Shown: piece by piece, positions 41,606 to 56,072 of the stretch
Numbering within the stretch: the stretch's first letter is position 1
Layout of the letters: each line of letters begins with the position of its first letter
From: Eledone cirrhosa
Taxonomy: Eukaryota
NCBI GenBank assembly: GCA_964016885.1
Contig: OZ024747.1
Span: 59,520,001-59,584,000, forward strand
Direction: 5' to 3'
DNA length: 64,000 nucleotides
Made by a program: the position numbers and the translations under genes
The notes under the pieces: generated by a model
What the model was told of the DNA's origin: nothing
The model's input: only the letters and a program-made list of their open reading frames with translations
The model's database searches: none

Positions 41606-42365
41606 CTAGCAGAATGGCCCGGCGTTGCTCGGGATTTGCTATAGGGTTCTTATATATTTGATATATATTTATCCTTATCGAACCTCGTGAAATAAATACG
41701 TTTGTTTATATTTTGTTATTGTGTATGCAAAACTATCTGTCCATAAATATATAATTATATATATATATAAATATATATATATTAAAATAACAGACTAAAG
41801 TTTAAGCAAAGAATCACTGTTTTCACCCTTAACGGGATATTCTACCTAAAAGCAGTATGAAGTACATACACTAAGACTAATTGTTTGTTTATATTTTGTT
41901 TGTTGTGTATGCAAACATATCTGTACACGAATATCTATATTAAAATAACATATTAATGTTTAAGCAAAGAATCGCTGCTTTCAACCTTAACGGGATCTTC
42001 TTAAACTAAAAAAATCAATCTTTGGTTCGTGAAGACGTTCCCTGGCATAAGAATATATATACACACACACACTGATCGCGTCATAATGACGTTATGCAGA
42101 CAGTCAGGCATACAGACAGATATTATGAAGGCGCGACGTCATATCTATGTATCTATCTAAAAAGAGAAAGACTAAGAGAAAGAGAAAGAGATCGCTAAAT
42201 CGCCTAATGCGGTCCCTAGGGCATTGAAAATTTGAAATTTTTTTTGCTCAAAACACTTCCGGGGTCCAACGAGTAACATGTATAAAGTTTGAAAAAAACC
42301 GGTTGGGTACTTCTCGAGTTTTAGGGAAACAGACACACAGACATCCTCTGTTTTATATATATAGA
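41606..42365 (-). mobile_element. Non-autonomous Helitron; partial related sequence at ~62200-62470
   Basis: Minus strand begins A|TC (42365) and ends with hairpin CCCGAGCAACGCCGGG then CTAG|T (41606); internal tandem duplication. Confidence 0.85.
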
Positions 42366-42742
42366 TATATATATCAGTGGCGAAGGGTAACCTGGAAAGC
42401 AGGGCATGCAGTCCAATAGCCATGGCGGAAAGTGGGGCTCTGCAGCCTGACCCCCCCCCCCCCATTCCCTCTAAATGATCCTCCCGGTCAAAGCCGCATG
42501 TAGTGTTATCTAGTGTGTGTCTGTCTGTGTGTGTGTGTGTTATCTTTTTTGTGTCTATACGTTTTAGTAAGCAGCCAAAATTCTGCTTGGTTCACCCAAC
42601 GCAATTGATCAACTCAAGATTCTATAACGCATGCACTGCATGTGTTGCATGCACGGACCCTTCGCCCCTGATATATATATATATATTATATATATATATA
42701 ATATATATATATATAATATATATATATATAATATATATATAT

Positions 42743-42948
42743 GTAAAAGGTAAACAGAAATAACAACACAATCGGTACAGTATATGGAAGGTATATATTA
42801 GGTTAGCGCTTGATATAGCAGGAAGAGGGTCTTAACGTTTCGAACGCTAGTCCTTCATCAGAAGAAAGAATGAGAAATAAAATAGATTGAGGAGACGGGC
42901 GGGATGGAATTGAAAAAAAAATGTCTTTAGATAAAAATAACAGGTCCA
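42743..42948 (-). mobile_element. Penelope-like terminal fragment with a minimal hammerhead (42830-42865)
   Basis: Minus strand TCTT-CTGATGA-A-GGAC-TAGC-GTTC-GAAA-CGT-T-AAGA; palindromic ACGT replaces stem III. Confidence 0.75.
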
Positions 42949-43148
42949 TTCATGTTGACATCTCTTATATATATATATATATATATATCGAATATTTCCT
43001 TTCTTCTCTTTATTTTCATATTCTTTTGTTACACATTGCTTAATTTCTTCAAGTTGTAAATATTTTCAAATACATAATAGACACACACACATACACATAG
43101 ACGCACACACACGTACATACACACACATAGCTGACTGCATACACACCC

Positions 43149-43203
<55 letters not shown>

Positions 43204-43697
43204 TACATACATGTGTTGTCTTTGTTCTTTTTCACATTTCGTTCCTCATTCCCTATCTCTAAAGCAAAGTAAACATGGATTTCATTTTATCATAATGTTA
43301 TTATTATTACTATTATTCAGTTGTCTTTGAAAGAAGTCTCTCTGCATTTATGGTTTCTTCTTTGTTCTATACATATTCTTCGATCACTCTGAAAATTCGA
43401 CAGCATCTCTGATTTGTGTTGCTATCACCATTCCAACCAGTACCACCACCAAGATAGCTGCATTAAATAAATACTGGCTTTATTTAATACACAACACACA
43501 CACAAACATATATATGTATGTGTATATAAATATATATGTATGCATGCACACACACACACAAACATATATGTATATATATATATATGTGTATGTATATATG
43601 TGTGTGTGTATATATATATATGCATATATATGCACACACACACACATATATATACTTGCATATATATATATATATGCATGCATGCATATATATGCAC

Positions 43698-43773
<76 letters not shown>

Positions 43774-45810
43774 GTGCGTATATATACATATATAGAGAGT
43801 GCGAGCAAGCTGGCGTACTGCTGTTCAAATGTATTGCCATAATCTCATTTCTGTATTAGAAAACATTGCAAGAATTTAATATTACAGCTAATTATCGGCG
43901 AGCACACAGGAATCTTGCTAGTGTAACAGGAAATTGTTACTGATTTCATTAGAACAATTTTTAGACCAACATATTCTTTCGTTTTTCACTTAACTAATAC
44001 AAGAAATCATAAATATTAATATTGTTATTGTATTTTTTAATTTTTGAAGACCAGTTGTGTGTTTTATCTTCTAATTTATGTTGTGTTTTCAGCATGACAC
44101 TTTATTTAATGTTACTCCAGTTAACTCAGCTAGAAAAAAAGTTTTACCTGTAATTCAAATAGCCACCTTTGTCTCACATTCTGTCATGCTGAATCTCCCT
44201 GAGAATTATGTTAAGACGACACGTCTGTAGAAGGCTGAGCTGTCCCATTTGTTTAAACAACTCGAACACTCATTGTCCGAATCAACAGAGGTCCATAAAA
44301 ACTGGTTTGTTAATTCAAATGTTTATAATATCTTTACTAGAGCCAAGATCATGACTTCCATAACTTTCAGGGTCTGATTTTATAATCAGACCCTGAAAGT
44401 TACCCAAACGACATACCTTTACTCAAAGCTATTTTGCCGGTTTGAACAGAGAGGTGAGAGAATATGACTGGTTTAAATGCGAAAGGGTTAACCCGATATA
44501 TTTACTATTGTATTTTCATGGTAAAGGCTTTTTCTTACATAATATCGAATCTATGAGATTTTGATGTTATTTATTTTGAGAGCAATACCTTAATATAAGT
44601 ATGAGCAGCTGGTTTGAACAGAAAGAGGTGAAAGAATTCTGGTTGGATATGACTGATTTAAATGCTAAAGGGTTTAAGACAGTTTTGTTGATGAGCAATT
44701 TCTCCAAGAGAAATTTTGCCAGACAAGACTTTCAGGCCTGGGTAGGGCAAAGTAGGGGTGCTATATATATATTTTTTTATTTTTCAAAAGGGTCATCAGA
44801 TATTGATGGTTTACGCCTCAGCTCTCCAGGCAATATACTGAACTAGTGACCGAATACTCCTGCCTCTGATAGTCTGTTGATTAGAAGCTGTCTAGCACAG
44901 TTCTAGATGCTTTTATTTCCTCCCATTGATCATCCGTCACCACACTCCTTCACAGTGGTTTTGGTGAAAATACATACATTCAATAAATTTGGAGGCTTTT
45001 TCTTTTCAGGCATTTTTAATTGACATATGTAACTGTCACTTAAATACATCCTTGATATGGTTATAATAAGCTAACAAATGCCAAAGTCTAACATATATAT
45101 ATACACACACTACTATGCAAATGTTTTAGATTTACACAGGGCCAAGGGGAGTATGTCCCTTCCTCAATAATAATTTTTTTCCCCAAACTACCAAAACACA
45201 CATCAATTTGTATATGTGCTACAATTTATGTACATGTTATGTTAATTGCATATTGAAGTTTTCTAACTATTTCAGAGTTTAAAGAACTAAACTAATCACT
45301 ACAACTAAATTGACCAATCCCCCCCCCCCCTCGACGCACCAATTCTGAAGTGCTTCCGTTCCCCTGATCCATACACAATCTATTGTAGAAAAGCCTTAGG
45401 TAGCTGAAATCTTAGTTAAATGTCATTTACCATAGCCTTGGTTCAACACATGCATTATGAGAGAACTTGGGTTGACAGAAACTGTGGAAGCCCCGTCAGA
45501 TGGACTGCAGCTGTAATTCAAAGGGGGGGGGGGGAGTTTAGCCTTATCACACACTATGCTGTACTGAAATCTCCCTAATAATTACTTTAAGGGTATACAT
45601 GTCTGTGAAATGTTCAGTTACTTACATATCTATGTTATTCTGGTGATCAAACAACTAGAACACTCGTCGTTGAATCCGACGGAGGTCCCTCCGTTCATTC
45701 ATGTCTTAATTAGCTACACAGTATTTATTGGATATTCTGAAATATTCCTATACATTTGTTTACATTTCTCAGCAGGGCTAAAGTTGTAGAGATGCCTATA
45801 TTAAATTTCA

Positions 45811-45862
<52 letters not shown>

Positions 45863-46327
45863 ATGTATTTTGTGTATGTGTAAATGTATTATGTGTATAT
45901 GGGATTGTGTGTGTGTATGTATTTTGTGTATATATGTGTACATGTAATATGTGTATATAGGATGGTGTGTCTGCTTGAATGTGTGTGTTTGTATGCGTAA
46001 GCGTGCGTGTATATGTATGTTTTTGTGTGTGTATGTATGTTTCGGCGTATTTTTATGTATGTAAGTGTTTGTGTGTATATGTATTACGTGCGGGAATGTG
46101 GGGTGGCGTGTATATTTGTGAATGTGTGTGTGTGCATGTGCGTGTGTTATATTTTGAGAAGTCCATTCTGTCAATACAAATGTTGTTCCCTTTATTATAA
46201 TTAATTAATTAAGCAACCAATCAATGAATTGATTTGTCACAGTTTTCACCCCAGCCCTGGTCCCTATGTACACAAGCAAGTGTGCATACTTACAGATTGC
46301 CAACAGGCTTGGTATGGGCCGATTCAT

Positions 46328-46371
<44 letters not shown>

Positions 46372-46696
46372 ATATATATATATATATATACACATATATA
46401 CATATATATATATATACACATATATACATATATACATATATACACCCGTATATACACGAGTGTATATACACTGATGTATATATACACTGGCTACTGTGTG
46501 GCGGTGTTTTCACCCCCACCCAACTCATCTTCGAACACCTAATGTGTACACAACTGGTTGGTACCAAGCATTTTTGTTTTTCTATTTATATACTTGTGTG
46601 TGTGTGTGTGAATGTATGCGTATGTGTATCTGTGTGTGTGCGCGTGTGTATGTAGATATATATGAATGTATATATATATATATAGATATATATAGT

Positions 46697-47062
46697 GAAG
46701 GCACATGGCTTAGTGGTTAGAGCATTGGCCTTGCAATCGAAAGGTTGTGAGTTCAATTCTTAGACCGGGTGATGTGTTGTTTCCTTGAGCAAGACACTTT
46801 ATTTCACATTGCTCCAGTTTACTCAGTTGTAGAAATGAGATGATAGGACTCGGGTCCCTATCATTCCACTGCAAAGTGGTCGTGGAGGTGCCACGGCAAA
46901 AAAGCACCCAGCACTCACTGTAAAAGAGGTTGGTGTTAGGAAGGGCATCCAGCTGTAGAAATCAAGCCAGATTTCAGTTCCCGTATGAGCATTGCCCACA
47001 ACAGGACAACCCGTCTAACCCATGCTAGCGTGGAAGAACGGACGTAAAACGGTGATGATGAT
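46697..47062 (+). mobile_element. tRNA-derived SINE with an RTE-derived 3' tail
   Basis: A-box TGGCTTAGTGG, B-box GAGTTCAATTC, central CCTTGAGCAAGACACTT, tail matching 27850-28005. Confidence 0.85.
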
Positions 47063-47950
47063 ACATAGGAGGACATACACACATACGCACTCATACATGC
47101 ACATAACTCATACACACACACGCTTGCACACGCATATGAACATATACATTCGTTCACATACATTCGCTCACATATAGATACGCACAGGCATACACAAACA
47201 TACCCATATATTCATATACAGACATATATATTCATGCATAATCATACCTATACACGTACATTCGTACATACGTTCATTTCCACATACACACACATTTGCA
47301 CACATTGATATATTTACGTACTATATGCATTCTTTGTTAATTTTTTTTAAATATTTCTCTAAATGCAATCACGTATATACACTGATATATATATATACAC
47401 TGATGTATATATATACACTGATGTACACTAGCTACTGTGTGGCGGTATTTTCAGCCCCACCCAACACATCTTCGAACACCTAATGTGTACATAGCTAGTT
47501 GGCACCAAGCATTTTTGTTTTTCTATTTATATACTGGTGTGTGTGTGTGCGCGCGTGCGCGTGTGTGTGTGCGTGTGCGCGCGCGTGTATGTCGGTATAT
47601 ATGAGTGTATGTTTGTGTGTGTATATATATATGTGTGTGTGTGTAAGAGAGTGTGAGTGTGTGTGTGATTTTATTCATTTACTGAGCATGTTTTTCAACC
47701 GGGAGAAAATAAGTGTTTTTTGTTCGACATCTTCTCATGCTGGCAATGAATTTCAATTTATTATACAAGAATTTCCTGTTATTTGTAAAAAGAATTAAAA
47801 TGAAAATCGACTGCAATATTGGTATTGCTAAATAGTAGCCTGTAGCTTAGACTTGGATACAATTACTGTGTGTGTGTGGGTTGGTGTGTGTATGTATGAG
47901 AGAGAGAGAGAGGGGGGTTGTATGTGTGTGTATATACATAGAGAGAGGGG

Positions 47951-48068
<118 letters not shown>

Positions 48069-48582
48069 TGTTTGTGTATATATAAATGGTTCTGTGTATG
48101 TGTGTGTATATATATCTATATATAGAGAGAGAGATAAGGGGTTCTGTGTATGTGTGTGTGTGTGTGTGTATATATACATATATATAGAGAGAGAGAGAAG
48201 GGGGGAGGTGTGTGTGGTGGTTGTGAAAGAGCGTGGCTTAGTATTGAAGGTGGACACGCCATCCCAAAATTGTGAATTCGATTCTCGAACAGGACGCCGC
48301 ATTGCGCCCTTCAAACCACTTTAGTAAACGCTGTTCCTGTCCACTTAGCTGGGGGAAGGGGAGGTTATATATTTAGTTCAAATGGTCAGTTTTGTCACAC
48401 ACTGTCACGCTGAATCTCCCTGAGAATTGCGTTAAGGATACACGTGTCTGTGTAATGCCTAGTCACTTCACAAGCAGGTTGTTCTGTTGATCGAACTGGA
48501 AAAAAAATCATTGTTGAAACCAACTGAGGCCCAACGTAATAGTGTTTTGTTTGTGTAGTGTATAGATATTTGTGTGTTTGTG

Positions 48583-48633
<51 letters not shown>

Positions 48634-49339
48634 GAAAAAAGCTTGCTGAACAACACACAAGCCGAAACCGCAAGGCGGCGCCGCGGTAGGGTTTTATATA
48701 TATATATATATCTCTCTCTCTCTCTCGTATATATATATATGTGTGTGCGTGTGTATATCTGTATATATGTGTATATATGTGTGTGTGTGTGTATCTGTAT
48801 ATGTGTATATATGTGTGTGTATCTGTATATATATATATATGTATGTATACGTGTGTGTATATATATATATATGTGTATGTATATATATATATGTTGTGTG
48901 TGTGTGTATCTGTATATATATGTGTGAATGTATATATGTATGTATGTATGTATGTGTAGGTAGTTGTCTGCTTGTTTGCAAACACTTGCACATACACATA
49001 TCCACAATACTACTGATTCTCCCCCCCCCCTCCCACCTGCTTTCTTTACCATTTTTACATTTTACAGCCAAGCCAACGCCTCCAGTTTTGCGGTTGTTAA
49101 ACTGAGCGCTGCTTGTTTCGGACTTTTCCATTTTGTCTTCTTCGGCTGCACACATGCTGGAGTTACTTCCCTTCACAGTACTGCTAAAGCCTGTATGTCT
49201 TGCTATAGGAAAAAAATCGATACAATTCTGTCTCTGCCTATATTTTCTTCAATGAACCAACATGTGGAATTAGACAGAGAAAACCAACGTTTCTCTTCTA
49301 GAAAAAGAAATGATAGAACAATTTTAATTTTAATTATTA

Positions 49340-49429
49340 TCTGTAGTAGTTATAGCTGCACTAGTACTACTTCTGGTGCTGCCACTACTACCACCATTAC
49401 TACTATTATTACCACCAGCACTACTACTA

Positions 49430-49460
<31 letters not shown>

Positions 49461-49630
49461 CACCACTACTATTATTACCACCAGCACTACTACTATTACT
49501 TTTACTTCTACTGTTGCTGCTGCTGCGACTACCATTACTACCACCACTACTATTAACACCACCAGCACTACTACTACTACTACTACTATTAACACCACCA
49601 ACAGCACTAATACTACTGCTGCTGCTAGCT
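49340..49630. repeat. Compound (ACT/ACC/GCT)n trinucleotide repeat
   Basis: Direct reading. Confidence 0.9.
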
Positions 49631-52600
49631 TCAAGGCATTATACTTTTACACACCTCTTCATATCGATAACAATAGTTTTACTATTGTTATGTTATATAA
49701 GAGCGGAAAATTGACAGTCGTTTAATCCTTTGCGCAGTATTTGTTCCCCAGTTCTCTGCACTCTGAGTTCAAATCCTGCTGAGCAGTGGTGTAGCTGATG
49801 TTTATGCCAACCATGGTGGTCATTCAGTTTTCCCCCACCCGCCACTCCACCCCAGCAAGCAATATTATATAAGAGTAAAATTGTAACAGGCCTCCTGTAT
49901 ATCCTGACAGAAACAAAATACGTCTTTTTTTTTTTTTTTTTTATGTAGTTAACCAAAAATGTTGTCTGGTGCAAGTCGCCTGACTCCTCAATATTAGGAG
50001 TCAACTTTAGCCTTTCATTCTTTACAAGGTCAATATATTATATAAAGTTTCGGACACGTACTGTTGATGGAGAGAATTGTTAGAGTATCTGATAAGATGC
50101 TATGTGGCATCTATTTTCACTCTGTACATTTCCAGTTCAAATTCTGCCTCCTTTAACCATTTAAATTGGTTGTATCCAGCCAGAATTCTATCACTTCTTT
50201 CTGTTCAAACTGGCCATAACTGGCCACTAATACTGATGTTAAGGTATTGTTCTCCAAATAAATATCAATCTCATAAATTCAATATTATGTGAGATAAAGC
50301 CTTTACTGTGAAAATACAATAGTAAATATAGAGTAATGTAAATGTTAAAGGTTTAAAAAAAAATGGTAATATGAAATGCAATTTAATGAGAGGAGAGCTA
50401 AACATTTGAAAAAGTACCTAGTCCAGCCTGTCAATTTGTTGTTTTGGTGCCATGATAAAAAGTATTCAATCCACCTTATAAATGTGGTTGGTGTTAGGAA
50501 GGGTATCTAGTTGTAGAAACCAAGTTAGTAACAGTTCTATATGAGCAAGACATGGTCACCTGACCTGACTTGTCTCACAATGGGACAACTCGTCTAACCC
50601 ATGCTAATATGGAAAATGGTGATGACTATTATTATATATATTAGCTTAATTATAATTCTGAATTTTCAAATTAACCCTTTCATTACTGTATTTTTCATGA
50701 AAAATACTTCCTATGATTTTCAAATAATTTTAAATATAATCAGGAATTTGTAGGATTTACTACTCATATTAGTATTTCAAGCACAACATAAAGGTTTGTA
50801 TATGAAATTATGGTGGAAGATTGTAGATTAATATAAGCACTTTAAAATAAACAGCTTAGTATCAGAAAACTAGAGATGGTTTTAAGTACTTTGGTATAAA
50901 AAATAAAAATAAATAAATTCCCAGTTGATTTGCTGCTTACTGTTTTGTCTTCAGACTTTTATCTCTCTTGTTAAGAATATCCCGTTGCTTTTGTCTGTTA
51001 CTTTAGCTATTACAGCTGACACTTAGGCAGGTTTAACTGGCACCCTAGGAAGTTGCATCTCATAGGTTTCCCTGGGTGTTTTATTGATAGGGGTTCCAAT
51101 CTAATATAAAGGAGTATACAGCATTAGTCTCATCAGGAACATTTGTATTCTTTGGTATCCCTATCATCATTATTATTATTATTATTATTAGATTAGAATT
51201 TACTGAGGAATCAGTTGGAAGGTAGAAAAGCTATCTTTCAATTCTGTAATGGAGTAGAATAGTTTGGGATCATATATGATCAATTTATTTTGAATCATTT
51301 TTTATCCATCCAGTTTCAAATACCACCTATTGAATTTATATATAGACGCTTATATAGAAATGGCTTCTACAGGACTAAAACTGTTTCATTCATATATAGT
51401 TCTAGTCCTGTAGAAGCCTTTTCTATATAAACCTCTGTCATCACTCTTCACATGTATTGAGTAACTTCTTTACTGTGGTTACCCCCAACTCAACTCTGGA
51501 TCAACATATATATAATGAAAATGTGGGGATGCCAAATGCAGAAAGTTACAACAGTTGATCACTATAAATGATAGAAAACTGTTGTTAGTTATTTTCTGCA
51601 TTTGGGATCCTCATGTTTTCAAATTTCAAATCACCGAATTGCTTTGATAATTCATTATACATATATATATATGGACGAGGTGTCAAATTTTAATTACATT
51701 TATTGAGATGTGATGTGCGTTTCACAATTGATCAGCTCAAGGTTCGATTTGTGTTGATCGGGCCCAACTCTGGAATCAAAATCTCATCAAGCCTGCTTGG
51801 GTTGAACAAGTCTTCTCTAGCAGTCTGCCTCCAACTCATTCAATTTCTTCATCATCTCTACTGGGAGCTTCAGTATTTTGAGAACAGCTCTCATTACTTC
51901 TGACCAGGTTTGTTCTTAATAAATTGGAAAAACATCCTGTTTACAAATCTTTACAGCTCACACAATACTTCCATTTCCATCTTATATTTGGGAATAACTT
52001 GCTTTATAGTTGTTGTTTTTTAATTTTTTTTTTTTTCTTTATAGAAGTAGTGTTAAATTGTAGTTCCATTGAACTAATCCAAATTAACATGTCGAAATTG
52101 ACATGAAATTTTAGATGAGTTTCTATTTTTTTTTTTTTCATGTCATGACAGAAAATGATGTTACCTAAAATAAAGTAAAATAAATGAATATTTACTATTT
52201 ACAGTAATGAGTTGAACTAAGTATAGCAACTTGTATGCTTTTGATGATTTCAAAGAGATTCAGATTCTTCTTATTTATCAATTTTTCCAATAAAAAAGAA
52301 ACAAAGAAAAAGAAAAAAAAACATGAGAAAATCAGATTTCTGGTTTAATTAATAACTTCAAAACCAAAGCAATTTTGTCTTATCTTTTATTCTTTATTTT
52401 ATATAATTTTTGTGTAAATCAATGATTGAGGTTTATTGATTTTTATTTTTCAATATTGTTTTAAACTGAAATGACATTGAACTGTCAAAAACAAATTTTT
52501 ATGGCATTGCTTTGATATGAGGTAGTTAGGTTTGAATCTAAGAATTAGAAAGTGATTCATGGAACTGAAGAACATTTATTAGAGAATGGCAATATTCCAC

Positions 52601-53734
52601 ATTCAACCAAAAACCATCGAGTTCTTCATACATCCATCCATGCAATTTATTGGACACATCAGTGTTATATCCTGGAATCAGGTCTTACAATGTATATATG
52701 CTCATCAGGTGATTTGTCCAAGGTCAGTTATGTCTCAGTTTGTGTTCAACTGGCACTCTGCTGACCCCACTTTGAGCCATATTAAACCATCGCTGGGCCC
52801 CTAGGCTTTCAGGTCTTTCAGACTCCTCCTGGCACTTCAATCTTTCACCTCACTATAGCATAGAAAAAAAAGACCTTTGTCCCTGTAGAACCCCTAGTTT
52901 TCAGATTAGTTGGCCATATAAAAATACAGCCTTGACTTCACTGGTCACTTCTTTTTAGCCAGAACTAGATACCATCTCTGCTGCTTCCAGGTTGTTCTTG
53001 ATAGCACTAATTCTTCTTACTTCTAAACCTGCAATTCCTGGTGGAGTTGTTGGGGTGCCATAATGATGTACAACATTTCTCAGGGAGAGCTCATACCTTC
53101 TCCAGGTTTGAACAAAGCCAATTTTTCCAATGCGAGAGAAGAAACAAGAAAGAGATATAGAGGAAGAATCATCCCGGGTACTGAACTGGTCCTTATTTTA
53201 TCAACCTCGAAAGGATGAAAAGTAAAATTGACAAAAGGGTAAATTGGTTGTAAAACATGACCTCAGTCCCTTCCATTCCAAGCCTGCATACAAATATAGA
53301 TGTAAAACCTATGCGGAGGATGATAGTGATGTCATTGCTGTGAACTCTAAACAAAATAAATCTTTGGGTTAAAAATCAAATTTTATTTCACTAAAAGAAT
53401 AAATTCAAAACCCAAATTCTTCAATTTTATACTTTTGTAGAGGTAAATATATTTTATCTAAATATTTTAAAATAATATGGAAAGTGATATATGTAATAAG
53501 GCTAAACAATGTAAAATGGATGGTAAGATAAAGGTAACGAAAGGTTAGTTACCTGATAATCTTTGTATTTTTGTTATTGTTTCTTTCGTCCTAATATTTC
53601 GGACCTTACAATTCCCTTCCTTGGAGTATAAGGAACTCTCAGAGAAAAATATTCTAGTCTCTTCAATACTTTTTATGCTAATAAAATCTTATTTATCAAG
53701 AGTCTCATTAATATAAATTTAGCTAATTTACATG

Positions 53735-54178
53735 AACTTTCTCCCTACAAAAGAAAGGCTGGCTGTATAATGCTTGTGTACACAGTGCGATGTTGCATGG
53801 TAATGAGACATGGGCAGTGAATGCAGAGAATATGGGAAGGCTAGAGAGAAATGAAACAGGCATTCTTTGATGGATGTGCATGGAAGGTAAAATATAGATG
53901 AGCTCTGAGAAAAGCTGGATATAAAAGGAATCAGATGTTGTGTACAGGAGAGCAGACTCTGGTACATGTTGATCATTAGGTGAAGAAATGCTAAGAAATC
54001 CTAGTAAAAGGGAGGCCAAAGAAGACCTGGAAAGAGGCTGTTGGAGTTGATCGCAAATTACCGAATCTCACAGCCGGGTTGATAAAGGACTGCACTGAGT
54101 GGAGAAATGTGCTGGAAAGGACATGCCCAACAGTGGCAAGCATGTAAAAAACGTATGTAAAATTGTGGTGATGATGAT
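53735..54178 (+). mobile_element. Decayed RTE LINE 3' fragment
   Basis: KGWLYNACVHSAMLHGNETWAVNAE..RLERNE..RWMC homologous to 27153-27509. Confidence 0.85.
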
Positions 54179-55289
54179 TTTACAACCACAATTTAGAAGT
54201 TATTTCTAGCTGATATATAAGGTTACTGGTCTATTTACTAATGTTTTTTGGGGTGTGGCAGAGTTGGGGTTTTGTAACCCATTCACAAAGCTGGGCTGTG
54301 TTACTGACAAAGACAATTAATTTTATGCCTCAGTCCAGCTAGCCGTAAACAGGTACTAGGTGGAATATTTCATGGAATAACTGGCAATTATTCCATTAAC
54401 TCGCATCTCTGAACTAAAATTCTCCACTTGGAAAAATCTGTGATTGACTAGCTTGCTATCTAATCAGAAAGGTGACATTGAAGCACTTAAAATAAATATA
54501 TTCCATCATACTATGACAATTTAGTGTAAAATTATAAATATATACATGTGTGTGTGTATGTATGTATGTATATCTATAGGACCACCTTTTATTTTCTGTA
54601 TCTATCCTTTGTGATCCTGTCTCTAATTTTGTACTCCTGAAAAAGGGCTAAAGCCTGACACATGGAACTTTCTCCTTTTTCAATATAAAGCATGTGAAAC
54701 TAAAACTTTCTGTACCTCTATTTTGTCGCTTCCTTAAACTATATATATGTGTGTGTGTGTGTGTATTTGTTTGTCTCTGTGCCTGTATTTTTATCCTGTT
54801 ACTTAGTGGTTTGACAAAAAGAGATTGTTAAAATAGATACCAGTCAAGAAAAACTAAGAACTGGGGTCAGTATGACCAACTAAATCAGTATATCTATAAT
54901 CTAGTGACTCATATCAGTAAAAGAATAGAAGCATAAAAAGATATAGATTATTAATATTTCTGTAAACTATATTGATAAGTTTATAATGAAATATGGGCCA
55001 AAGTAGATGTTAGTTTATTAGGTCTTCTACTTGAAGAACATTCTAGAAGACTTGGAATAATAAAATGGAGGAGATTCAACAACTGAAGATAGAAATCAGC
55101 TGACAAGTAGCAATTATTTCAAACCTATCTTTGTCAGATCCCCAGAGAGAATTCAATATTCAAAAATTGATTATATTTATGGTAATTTCTTGTCTGAAAA
55201 TTTATTATGTTTTTCTTTTCTTTTTCTTTTGTGTCACTCCCCCCCCCCCCCATAAGTGATAGACTTGATAATAATTAAGCCATCATCTA

Positions 55290-55840
55290 TATGTCAACAA
55301 TATGGCCATTGAATATCAACTAGGTTTCTGGAGAAGGTGGATCAGACTTGGCTGGTAGAGTAGCTACAATGAGATGTGCATGGAGCGTCAAGAGGACTGT
55401 CACTGAAACTGAAGAGGAAGGTGCATGATGCATGCATGGTGCAGGTGTGAGAAATGCCATAGTTTATGGGAACGAGACATAAGTGATAAACATGGAGCAG
55501 CAGAGAAGTGAGAGGTATATCACTCAGAAGACAGACAATAAATTGCAGAGGATGATGGGAATAGAACCAGTGATGAGTGTTATGACGAAAAATTGAGTGA
55601 GATGGCTCAGTCAGATGTTGAGGAAGGCTGGAAGTGACTGGATGAGAGGAGTGGTGGAAATGTAGAGACAGGGGAAAGGGAAAGCTAAGGAAAATATAAT
55701 GAAGAAAATAAAAGCTAGGGAACTGGTGAACCTGGTGAATGCAGATGATAGGGCAAAATAAAATGGCTTGTCATAGGACCTGCAAAGCTAACCCCTGTTT
55801 CAGGAAAGAAAATGGCATTAAAATGCGTTCTGTTGTTGTT
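55290..55840 (+). mobile_element. Highly decayed RTE LINE 3' fragment
   Basis: Remnants of GGGS..AV.AR.R.AW, VYGNET and RWL..V.RK; tail AAATGGCATTAAAA. Confidence 0.65.
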
Positions 55841-56072
55841 TGTCAGCCTCATGTAATGGGGAAAAAGATTAGCATTGTGAAGTGTTTATTTTACACTCCA
55901 GAAAATTTCCAACACTTTGCATAAGATCGAGAGAAAACTACTTGTAAAACAGTGAAAATTAATTGTACATTCTTCAAGATTTATCAATTGACAGTTTGAT
56001 AAATACCTATCTACCTACCTACCTATCAATCTACCTACCTACTTACTTACCTACCTACCTACTTATCTACCT

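Noticed and set aside
48964-49725. 253-aa Thr-rich mucin-like ORF
   Set aside because: Openness is explained by trinucleotide repeats. The unique part (~49068-49191) has splice-like sites on both strands but no recognisable product.
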